DNA of 64,000 nucleotides from Convolutriloba macropyga (Eukaryota), in NCBI RefSeq assembly GCF_964194025.1, contig NC_134470.1:20708001-20772000 (forward strand), read 5' to 3'. Below the pieces are notes generated by a model. It ran no database searches and was not told the DNA's origin. It saw nothing but the letters and a program-made list of their open reading frames with translations. Within the stretch, counting starts at the first letter, position 1; the number at the start of each line of letters is the position of its first letter. Below are positions 48,677 to 59,843 of the stretch, one piece after another. A program made the position numbers and the translations under genes.

Positions 48677-49573
48677 TCACCAGTTGATACCAGTATTCTC
48701 TTTTTGTGCGTTTTCAAAGACAACCCAGTTGTCTCCAACTTTATGCTCCACCTTGAGATTTCTAATACGAACTTGCCTGCTATTGTAATTATGATTGTCA
48801 ATGAGATCACGGCGAATGCGCAGACATTCATTTTCTTTTTTCGCGTCCGTTGCAGACAGCTCAGGACTTATGAAGATTGGTTGTTCGTAGGCCTTTAGCA
48901 GGTGAGCTGATTTCAGAATCAGGTCTTTACTTATGATGTTTTCCATGCAAACAAGTATAGTGCGTGCCCCTTTTTTGTCAGGGTCAAATTTACCGAGACG
49001 ATGAATTTTGCTCATGCGTTTGTCTTTGATTTTCAAGAAGTCTAGGATTTGCTCAACCGATTCGATGTCGGAATGCATACGCTCGTCTGGTGTTTTGGTT
49101 CTACTCTCAGGTATACCTCTTATTCGAATTCCCAGACCAGGAATGTTGTTTGCATTTGACACGTCGCGAATTGTGCTACCGGGCAGTTTTCCAACAGCTT
49201 GTGCATAACTCTTGGGAGCAGTTGACTTTAATTCGGTCAAGTCTTTCTTTACATTTTCGATCATTGCATTTGAGTTTTCAATGATTTGCTGGAACTTTTT
49301 CATTTGTTCTCGGAGGTCTGTTAGATCGTCTTCCAATTTCGACTGTTCAGCAGGTTTTAAAATGGACTTATGTGTCTTATTTTCACTGCATTCGTTACAG
49401 ATGTGAAGCAGATTTGCTTCTAACTTGACAAGGACTTCAATACTGGACTGTTCGAAGCCTGTGCAGTCGGGTGTCATGTGCATTGCTTTGCTGCAGTAGG
49501 CACATGAGAATTTTGCTTCCTTCTTTGCAATCTTGTGATTGCAAGATTGGCACGTGATAACTCTTGAGGACAT
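48677..49573 (-). CDS. LINE ORF1: N-terminal PHD finger, coiled coil, RRM-like region
   Basis: CQSC..CAYC...H...DC...ICNEC; IRIRGIPES, HRLGK and IFISPELS. First ATG at 49573; frame is intact. Confidence 0.9.
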   Translation of the reverse strand: MSSRVITCQSCNHKIAKKEAKFSCAYCSKAMHMTPDCTGFEQSSIEVLVKLEANLLHICNECSENKTHKSILKPAEQSKLEDDLTDLREQMKKFQQIIENSNAMIENVKKDLTELKSTAPKSYAQAVGKLPGSTIRDVSNANNIPGLGIRIRGIPESRTKTPDERMHSDIESVEQILDFLKIKDKRMSKIHRLGKFDPDKKGARTILVCMENIISKDLILKSAHLLKAYEQPIFISPELSATDAKKENECLRIRRDLIDNHNYNSRQVRIRNLKVEHKVGDNWVVFENAQKENTGINW

Positions 49574-49654
49574 TTTGGCTAGCAAATGCAAAAGATTTTG
49601 ATTTGTCTTAACGGATTGTTGATGAATAACTTAATAGGCAGTGTCGGTAACACA

Positions 49655-49868
49655 CACTCACTTAAGAGGCGGTCACGTGAAACTGAAAACTTAACTCTGA
49701 AAAATATAGCTTTTCTGACAACTCAAACTCACTTAAGAGATGGTCACATGAAAAGTTTAATTTTCAGAGAACAGATGCAGGACAGAATAGAAAAGAAAAG
49801 AAAAGAAAACTGCTTAAAAGAAAAAGCCTTTCGGTAACACGAACTCACTTAAGAGACGGTCACGTGAA
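49655..49868 (-). promoter_or_regulatory. Three copies of an E-box-containing motif upstream of LINE ORF1
   Basis: ACTCACTTAAGAG(G/A)(C/T)GGTCAC(G/A)TGAAA at ~49656, ~49727 and ~49843. Confidence 0.5.
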
Positions 49869-49895
49869 AGACTAAGAGTAAGCAGCTAAAACTTT

Positions 49896-50527
49896 TCAGG
49901 GGTTTAGAATAGTGATTGTGAGTCCACTGTTTTCGGGCGATTGTTGTCTCTGTCTTGTAATCCGTCGTCTCAGTGACAGGTTGTTCCTCCTCCTGTTTCG
50001 GCGGGGACGAAGATCCTGGAGTTGTCGAAGATGGGCTAAGACTTTTCCAGAGAGTCTCTGTTCCAAGAAACGGCCAATGTGCAGTTGTCGGTACTGCCGA
50101 GTCAAGATGGGGTTCTTAGCCTGCCGCTTCGGTAGCAGGTGTTTGATGATGTCGATAATAAGGATTCCTGTTTTGCAAAGTTCCTCCTTTATGTTCGGGA
50201 CTCCTTCGCGTTGGACATATAATATTGCGGCAATGTGGGGCTTAAGTATCTTGAGATCGGCAATGAGCTCAGCAGTGGTGAGGGGTGATAGTTGTTGCTG
50301 GAATGCGGGGATATTGAGTTGTTGATCGTATCGTGCCAAATAACAGCTTTTTCTTTTCGAAAAACGTTTAATTGCCAGATATTTTGAACAACATTCTTCT
50401 GATTGTTTGCTCTGATATTGAGACTCAGGCCAGGCTTCGTGAATACCCAACGTCTGAGCTTCTTTCGGGTGTCTTTTGGTGTCGCTACAATAAGTTGATG
50501 CAGTGAACTTGCTCCAAATATGATCAT
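49896..50527 (-). pseudogene. Extra upstream ORF (~210 codons, one frameshift at ~50285), divergent SGNH/GDSL-like with Arg-rich tail
   Basis: Joining ORFs 50189..50533 and 49896..50450 by restoring one C gives IIFGASSL...PGLS...IWHDTINN...YRQLHI...RPRRNRRR. The fold assignment is inference. Confidence 0.55.
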
Positions 50528-50850
50528 CAGCAAAGTCAGGGGGCCACCACGGCTGCCCCGTATATCATATTTAAACTGAAACTATTTAATATTTAATACG
50601 GTTTTTTATGAAAAACGTTTAATTGCCAGATATTTTGAACAACTTTCTTCTGATTGTTTGCTCTGATATTGAGACTCAGGCCAGGCTTCGTGAATACCCA
50701 ACGTCTGAGCTTCTTTCGGGTGTCTTTTGGTGTCGCTACAATAAGTTGATGCAGTGAACTTGCTCCAAATATGATCATCAGCAAAGTCAGGGGGCCACCA
50801 CGGCTGCCCCGTATATCATATTTAAACTGAAACTATTTAATATTTAATAC
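50361..50850. repeat. Tandem duplication (239 bp x2) of the LINE 5' end and flank
   Basis: 50361-50599 is nearly identical to 50612-50850. Confidence 0.95.
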
Positions 50851-52000
50851 TATTTTTATGTAATACGGTTCTTATTTTTATAGAATGTAAAGAAAATTTC
50901 GTTTTTACAGGAGATAGAAGAGGAATGCTAGTATCATTCACTGCAATAATTATAACACCATAACTACCAAAGAAATTACCTGCGACTTACAATTTGTTTT
51001 GACAAAAAATTATTACTAGTGATAGATATAACTTTAGCCTAATTCCTCGGCTCAAGAATCACACTGAGTTCAAGTTCAATTTTTCCCCGTTATTGCAGTG
51101 GCAAAAATCACAGATTTAGGCACACCAAAACCTTTTGCCCTTGCACCCTGAAAAAAGTTTTCTTTTTACTTATCATGAAGTTGTGATAAAAATGACACAC
51201 AATATCAATAGACTCCAAGATAAAATTGTAATAAACCTGTATAAAGCAAACAAATATTACCTACCAACTACGTCGTACGTACAAATTGCTCTCTAACGAC
51301 AGGGGAGGAGTCGGCTCTAATTCTAAAAAGTTGAAGCAGACAAAATTCAGCTTGAGGCAGTGAAGATGGTAGAGGTGGAAGTTAAAAAATTGCACCTCAA
51401 GTCAATTTTTCTGCCTTTTCAAACTTCTCTCAGGAGCTTTGCTGAACTGTACACAAAGAAATTATTAACGGCCAGAAAGAGTTTCTAAAAAAATTTACAT
51501 CCTAAAGTTTTTAGCTATTTATATCAGTTTTGAGGACAGAAAACACCTTTAAATTGCTCAAATGAGTAAAAGAACGTTCTAGATAAAAAGTCAAAACAGG
51601 TCAAGCGCAAAATAATAAGACATGCAGCACGTCAAAAGTAATTTTTGCAAGCTCAGTTCACGAACAATTAAGAAGAAGCAAAATTAAATCGGAAACAATG
51701 AGTGGCTTCTAAAACGAACAATTTTTTAGAGGAGAAAAAAGACGATCACAAGTATTAATCACTGCAATGAATATAAAAATTTAACTACCAGGGAAATCAC
51801 CAGCGATTTTCAATTTCTTTTGGCGAAAATTGATTACTAGTAGTATATATGGCTTTAGCTTAATCCCTTGTGTTTGTGTTCAATTTTTTTCCCGTTATTG
51901 CAGTGGCCAACATCACAGACATAGGCACACCAAAAACATTTTGCACTTGCACACAGAAAATGTTTTTTTTCTTATTATGAGGTTGTGGTAGAATAGACAC

Positions 52001-52976
52001 TGTTGGCGCCACTTCAAATCACCTACAAAAACCATCAGAAAGCAAGAAATAACTATTGAAACTGAAAAAATTTGAAATTTGGTATCAAGTTGGGAAAATT
52101 TTTACAGGTTGGGAACGAAAATCTGTACACACCCCCCGATTATTGGAAGGCAAAAAATGAGCAACCCGAGGTTACGGCAGACGGTTAGGGTTACATCTAA
52201 GCTACTCATGGACCCAACAAACGTTATTGCATCAGACAAGCAAGCGTGGCTATTAGCACTTAAATGGTGCAAAATTGGCATTTTTCGATATTTTGTTATT
52301 TTATGTTAAATTTCTTAAGTTGTTTATTTTATAATTATTTAGATGATCATTAAAGGTCAAATACCGTACATTCGAGACATTTAGAGCCACGTAATAACCA
52401 TCCGTGCCTCTGTCAACAAAAGTAAATATTGCTGTAATTTGACATTTACTATGTAAACAATTACCTAAATCATTTCCTTGATTAACCAATCAGAAACAAG
52501 GAGCAATGATGTTATAAATGATAAATATTTGATTATTTACCTTAACCCAATTGCTTGATTAGAAAAACCGAATTGTATTTAGAACAATTAGAAACTGCTA
52601 TACAGAGCAGTTGGCTCTCAGATTGACTAAAATTGATTCTTTAACAACTTTAGTCTTTTTTGCTAAGCTTTGCTAGATCTTAAGATCTTGCGAGTTTTAA
52701 GTTAATTGAGCTTACTTAACGAGAAGTTAGCAACAATACTAGCTACTGGCTGAAACCTTACAACTTCGGCAAGAGGTTGAACATAGACTTTCACTAAGGA
52801 TTTTCTTAACTTCAATCACAAATTAAAGTTAAAGTCCTTTAATACAACCAAGCGACTGATAGTTTCCACGAGATTGTTAGTCAAATTGAACTGAGTGAAG
52901 AACCAGGCCGGTGTAAAAACTCGAGAAGCAGGCCCACAAAAATAGGTTCCGCTGAGATTCTTGTGCAGCCGCAACA
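52001..52976 (+). repeat. BEL 5' LTR (976 bp)
   Basis: TG...CA ends; direct repeat of 58857-59843. Confidence 0.95.
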
Positions 52977-52978
52977 TT

Positions 52979-52995
52979 TGGTCCGCCGACCCGGA
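52979..52995 (+). other. Primer-binding site TGGTCCGCCGACCCGGA (tRNA-Tyr-like)
   Basis: TGG 2 nt after the LTR; resembles the usual BEL tRNA-Tyr PBS TGGTCCTTCGAGCCGGA. Confidence 0.7.
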
Positions 52996-55900
52996 CAACA
53001 ACAACAGCAGTGACACGAACAGCAACGAATCTTCGATTCGACCTGGTGGACCAAAACACAACCAACAACGATGGCCAGTAAAAGTCCCAACAGACACTGG
53101 AAGACAACTGATTGGAAGGCAAGTGGTCAACTCATGACGTTAGAGAAAGAGCAAGCTGACCTACTCAAGTCCTTCTCCAGACACTTCAACGAGCTAGAAA
53201 GCTGCCTGACATAAAACGAAACAATGACGGCCGAAGGTGCTTATCGATGTTTCTTCGAGACGTAAGACAACTTGGAAGACAACCGACATTAGCAGATGTT
53301 ACTATTAAAACCAAAGTATTTTGAAAACTTAAACAATGACACCAAGCTTATGTTAGAAGAAAAGAGTAAAGTTTTGCGATGGGTAGTTGACAAAGTACCA
53401 GATATCCGAGACATTGAAGATTGTCGCGCAGTAGTCGTCGACTACCGGAAACATACATTGCGAGGGTACAAATTATTGGAAGATTCTGTTCCAATCGAGA
53501 ACGAATCCTTAAAACTCGAAAAGAAATTGAAAGCAGTAATTTTAAGCGACTCCAAAAAACAGATACTGTGTAATCAGGCGGAACGGTTATTAGAAAAGCT
53601 AGATGAAATTTGCGCAGAATCTCTTCGAATAATGAAGACAGAAGCTTGTCCCCAAGGGTTTGCGAATTTCAGTAATGGTAGAAGTAACTATCTTACATTG
53701 ATCAGGCAGTACGGGCACAACAAGGATTGTGGAAACCAAACGTCCCTAGAGCATCAACAAGTAGCAAAAATAATGCAAACCAGACGGTAGTTGTCAACGA
53801 TACAGACGCATCAACTAGGGGAGAAGTTTTTGAGATTTCTTCTCAGAGATCTGCTATCAACAGGAGTGGAAAGAATTTCAGTCGCGCTCGTCGAGACAAC
53901 GTGAAGTCGATCGAATAGAAATTGAAAACCTGATAGCTAAGCAAGAAGCAGAGCAACAGCTGAGAGATCAGGAAATTCAAACCGAAAATGAACGAGATGC
54001 CATGAAGCTACAAGAGCAAGAACTACGATTGCGACAGCAAGAGCTGGAATTGCGTCTTCGACAGCGAGAGCGAGAGCTCGACAACGAACGAAAGAAAGCA
54101 GAAGCAGAGGAGCAGCAACAACATCTCCAGATCGAGCTAACCAAAGGAAGCTCAAGAGCATCTGGATCAGTGGTAGACGACACAGAAAGTGTTAAATCAA
54201 GAACAAGACAAGAATAACGCCAAGTTGGCTGAAAACAGTGGCCGAGCACTCTGGACCTAGCCGACCACTATCTCCAGACTGTGTTGTCGACCCTCCCAAG
54301 AATGGCACACAAGACATAGGCGACAAGCGTTTCAGCACCTATCCGAAAACAACCCCACTATTTCAACCGGGTGCAGGACTTTTCTCAGCGCCATTGACTG
54401 AGCCAAGCATTCTCAAGAAACCACAAATCCGTAAATCAATCAGAGTAACCGACCCGCAAACCCAGTTGACGAAGACAACGTTTCAGCAGCAAGGAACGTC
54501 AGCATCCCAAAAAAGATTCAGGAGTCAGAGTCCCATTAACAACAACCAAAACAGATCAGATCCACCGAGAGGTAAGAACGCGAGCACAGTGAACCAAACT
54601 ACTCCCCAAGTTATATACCAACCGGTACCGAGCGGAGGTTCCAGTGGCTTGGCCAAGCTAAAACTAACTGAGTTTTCAGGAGATCCTCTAGAGTGGCCAG
54701 AGTGGTCAGGTCTTTTTGATGTGGTTGTTCATCAGAAGCCAATCAGCGATACTGAAAAGATGCAATAACTGAAGACCAGCCTCAAGGGTCAAGCAAATGC
54801 AGCAATATCGGGAATGGGATTCAGCTCACAATCATACTATAATGCTTGGGACATACTCTGCGAGAAGTACGGCAAATCAGATGAATTGTAAATGCCAAAT
54901 TCAAGAAAATACACACTCATCCTCCAGTGCGGCACGACGATTCTGCAAGCATCGTCAAATTTGCAAGTGTGGTTACAAATGTGGTGAACACTTGGAGAAC
55001 ACTGGAAACAAGGAGGACTCCCAGTGGTGAGAGTCAAACTGACTAACAGAGACTTAAGCCTAAATGTGCTAGCAATGTAAGATTCGAGATGCTCAATCTC
55101 ATTTGTGGACAAATCAGTGGTGTCAAAACTCCAACTTCAAGGCCGAAAAGCATCTCTATCAGTAGCAAGGATCCATGGATCACAGGATGTAAAGACCTAA
55201 ATAGTGCCGATAATTGTTTCAGCCCATGAGAAGTCTCGACCATTGACAACAGTGCAATTCTACGTACACGAAAAACTGAAATTGGGTGACCAAATTGTGG
55301 AGCTGCAAGAATTGAAAGACTGCTACCCACATTTGAGGAACTTGTCAAATCAGAACTACAATCTAAACGAGGTCCAAGTGATTCTTGGACAAGATTGTTA
55401 AGAGATTCATCACCCTTTTGAGTTCAAGAAGTCAGAAGACAAAATTGCACCATGGGCAGTGAAATCAAGGATTAGCTGGGCCTTAAGTGGTCCCCTTCAA
55501 GAGAAGCAAGCAGCAACTCTTGCAACGACAGCAACATCAATTGCAGATGATAAACTAGCAAACCAGTTGAGTAAGTGGTGGGATATCGAATCCTACGCCT
55601 CAAAGTGCGATGTCAAAGGTCATTCAAAAGACGATCAACGAGCAATCAAGACGTTGGAGCAAACAACGCGATTCAACGGTGAAAGATATGAAGTAGGTCT
55701 TCTGTGGCGAGAAGACGAAGTGAAGTTGCCGAACAACTTCTACTCTGCAGTGCGGCAGCTCAAGTCCCTAGAACGACGCCTACAGAAGACGAGACGCTAC
55801 GAAAGCGCTATCAGGAAACCATTGACACGGATGTCAACGCTGGATACGTTCGGAAAGTTGACCAAACAGAACTCAATGAAACCCGAAACAGGCTACAATG

Positions 55901-58856
55901 GTATTTGCCACATCATCCTGTCATTAACCCGCATAAACCTGGAAAAGTCAGAAGAGTATGCAACGCAGCAGCAAAGTATCAAGGCGTAGCCCTAAACGAC
56001 AAACTTTTATCTGGACCAGAACTGCTACGGAGTCTGGTGGGAATAATTTTTCGCTTTCGAGAACACTAAATAGCTCTATCAGCCGGCATAGGAGCGATGT
56101 TTCTACAAATTGCTGTCCCAAGCGACGATTGCCGATGCCTACGATTTCTCTGGCGAGAAGATCCAGAGCAGAGGATGGAAGTATACGAGTACATACGGCA
56201 CGTTTTTGGGGCCAAAAGCTCGCCGACTTGTGCAAATTACGCTTTGCACCAAGTGGCGAAAGATAACGCAGTCAACGACGAAAGTCTCGTCAAAACGGTT
56301 CAGCGAAATTTCTACATGGACGACTTCCCTAAGTCAGTCAGAACACCTTAAGAAGCGATTGAAATCTACCGCAAAAGTCAGAGACATACCTAGCAAAGAT
56401 GGATTCAAATTGACGAAACGGATAACAAGTGACGAAGAAGTCAAGTCACAGAACCCAGAGACAGACAGGTCAACGAAAGTGGTGAAAACTTTTGGAAACT
56501 GAACCTCAATCATCCTCAGTACTTGGACTAAAGTGGAACGTGAACACAGATAGTCACATTGTCTGTCGTGGAACTGAGCAAGAAGTTCCAGCAAAAATAA
56601 CTCAGAATTGTCCTATCGTTTGTCTCAGCAGTGTTCGACCTGCTTTGAATATGTTCACCCTTCACCATAAGAATGCAATTTCTACTCAAAAGCATTTGGG
56701 CAGCAATGGGACAAGCCTGGGACAAAGAGTTGTCAGCAGAACACTCAAAACTTATCAGTGATTGGTGCTCTGAGTTGAGAGAAGTAAGAACGATGTCAAT
56801 AAACCGACTTTATTTTGAAAACGGATGCACAAACCTGAGACTTCACATCTTTACCGATGCATCAGAGGAAGCAATTTGCATTGTGGCATTTCTGCAAGAT
56901 GAAGCAACGCTAGAACTGACATATATAATAGGCAAATGTCGTGTGGCACCCATCAGACACATGACAATACCGAAGTTAGATCTCCAAGCCGCAGTTTACG
57001 GAGTTCGTCTCAGAAAGCAGATTATAAACGAACATGATGTCAAAAATGACAAAATCTTTCATTGGACCAATTCATCAATGGTCCTGCAGTGGTTACAGGC
57101 AGCGTACAAGAAACAACAAGTGTTCGTTGCAAACAGAGCAGTGGAAATACTGGAAAACTCATCGATGGGTCAATGGAGACACGTCAAAGGTGTCGAAAAC
57201 CCTGCCGACATAGGGTTTTCCTGCCGAGGGAAAACCCTGCCGAGGAATGTCCATTGGAAGGACTCCGAGCGTCTGTATGGTTAAACGGGCCGGCTTGGCT
57301 ACAAAAAGATGAAGATGATTGGCCAATGCCGTGGTGCACAAGAGAACGAAGTTGAAGCTGAGCAGGCTATCAGTATTGTGGCAAAAGAAACACAAGTCAA
57401 GCAGACATTTGACTGGAACCGCTACAGCAGCTTCAATGAAATCAGAAACTTCATTGCCTATTGCATGAAGTTCAAGACGAAGGAGAAGGGGCCCCTCAAA
57501 GCAGAAGAGATCCATCAAGCAGAACAAATATTGTTTCGATTTGTTCAAACCGAAAGCTTCCCGAATGTTTCAAAGTCAATAACTAACAGCAAAGAAATCT
57601 CGAATACATTGAACGCCGCCAAATTGTCACCCTTCATAGAGGAAGATGGAACAATTAGGGTGAAAGGCCGACTGAAGCATTCAAACCTCGCTTACAATGC
57701 CAAATACCCAATACTGTTGACAGCAAAGCATCCAGTAGTACAACTTCTGTTGGAGAGATTACATCGTGACAACCTACACGAAGGCACAGAATACGTGAGA
57801 AACATGCTCCAACAAAAGTACTGGATCATTGGAGTAAAAAATGCAATACAAAAAAAACAAGTCAAGATGTATCAAATGCAGACACAGGAACGCCAACCCA
57901 ATTCACCCACCGATGGCGGTGTCCCCATTCACTCATACCGGAGTCAACTACTTCGGACCCTTCTAAGTCAAGTTTCTACGACGTACCATGAGGAGATAAA
58001 TGGTGCTGCCTCTTCACTTGCCCGACAACGAGAGCAATACACATCAAAGTCACACAGTCATTGGACACCGAGTCATGTCTAGCTGCTGTTACAAGATTGA
58101 TTGCAAGAAGTGGCTACCCAAAAACCATCATCATTGACAACGGAACAAACTTCGTTGGAGCAGCCAAGGAATTGAAAGCATTCATGGACGAGTGAGACAA
58201 AACTATTATTGAGAGTGACTTAGCACAGAAAAAGATTGTTTGGAAATTCAATCCTCCCGGAGCTCCTCACTTTGGTGGAATCTGGGAAAGACTGGTTCAA
58301 AGTTGCAAGAATGTTATGATTGCAATCTTGGACAACAGAAGCCTCACGACGAGGTGCTCAGCGCCACAAGGTGTCTTGTAGAGCAGACACTCAACGCAAG
58401 ACCTCTGACAGCAGTAAGTGACGATCCTGAAAATTTGACAGCACTCACACCTAATCCTTTCTTGCTTGGACGAGAGAACAAGAGTGCACCATGCATGCCG
58501 TCCAGTGATTGCTACAATGACCTGAGAAAATCTTTCAAAACGGCTCAAGCATATGCCCATATGATCTGGAAAATATGGACTCGCGAATATCCTCCACAAT
58601 GGAACCAGAGATCGAAGTGATCAAAAGAACGGAATCTGTGAGGAACCTGAAAGAAGGCGAGTTAGTGTGGATATTAGATGACTCTTTGAAACGCTGCGAG
58701 TATAAACTGGGATGAATCATTGAGATCTTCCCTGGCAACGACGGAGTTCTGAGATCAGCGTGTCAAAATGGCACATGGAGAGCAAAACCGGCCAGTCGTG
58801 AAGTTAGCGCCAGTATTCTACGATGGTGTTTCCGAGATCGAAAACAGGGCCCGCGA

Positions 58857-59843
58857 TGTTGGCACCACTTTAAATCAGCTACAAAAGCCATCAGATAGCA
58901 AGAAAGAACTTTTGAAACTGAAAAAACTTGAAATTTGTCAAAACTCAAAAATGATCAAAACTGAAAATTTTTACAAATTGGGACCGAAAATCTCTACACC
59001 CCCAGGTTTTTGGAAGACAAAACCTGAGCTTGCCGAAGTTACGGCAGACGGTTAGGTTTACCTCTAAGCTACTCATGGACCCAACAAACGTTATTGCATC
59101 AGACCCACAAGTGTCGCTATTAGCACTTAAATGGTGCAAAATTTGCATTTTTCAATATTTTGTTATTCATTGTTAAATTTCTTAAGTTATTTATTTTATA
59201 ATAATTTGAGTGATCATTAAAGGTCAAATACCGTACATTCGAGGCCTTTAGAGCCACGTAATAGCCATCCGTGCTTATGTCAACAAAAGTAAATATTGCT
59301 GTAATTTGACATTTACTATGTAAACAATTACCTAAATCATTTTCTGGATTAACCAATCAGAAACAAGGAGCAATGATGTTATAAATGATAAATATTTGAT
59401 TATTTACCTTAACCCAATTGTTTGATTAGTAAAACCGAATTGCATTTAGAACAAATAGAAACTGTTATACAGAGCAGTTGGCTCTCAGATTGACTAAAAT
59501 TGATTCTTTAACAACTTTAGTCTTTTTTGCTAAGTTTTGCTAGATCTTAAGATCTTGCGAGTTTTAAGTTAATTGAGCTTACTTAACGAGAAGTTAGCAA
59601 CAATACTAGCTACTGGCTGAAACCTTACAAACTTCAGCACGAGATTGAACATAGACTATCACTAAGGATTTTCTTAACTTCAATCACAAATTAAAGTTAC
59701 AGTCCTTTAATACAATCAAGCGACCAAGAGTTTCCACGAGATTGTTAGTCAAATCGAACCGAGTGAAGAACCAGTCCAGCGTAAAACTCGAGAACCAGGC
59801 CGCGAAGATTAGGTTCACCTGAGATTCTTGAGCAGCCGCAACA
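58857..59843 (+). repeat. BEL 3' LTR (987 bp)
   Basis: Preceded by the PPT-like GAAAACAGGG; followed by the TSD. Confidence 0.95.

Larger units (their letters stand above)
45741..50570 (-). mobile_element. Near-full-length CR1/L2-group LINE with (CTA)n 3' tail
   Basis: PHD-containing ORF1, APE-RT ORF2, very short 3' UTR and TAG-repeat tail at 45741-45757. The 5' end is inferred near a GC-rich hairpin at 50540-50570. No TSD seen. Confidence 0.9.
52001..59843 (+). mobile_element. BEL/Pao LTR retrotransposon with both LTRs and 5-bp TSD GACAC; coding region degenerate
   Basis: LTRs TGTT...AACA at 52001-52976 and 58857-59843; GACAC at 51996-52000 and 59844-59848. gag (KLKLTEFSGDPLEWPEW), RT (WYLPHHPV, RHVFGAKSSP, FYMDD), RNase H (LHIFTDASE), integrase (DNGTNF, PPGAPHFGGIWERLV). 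Stops, frameshifts and a gag deletion near 55000. Confidence 0.97.
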
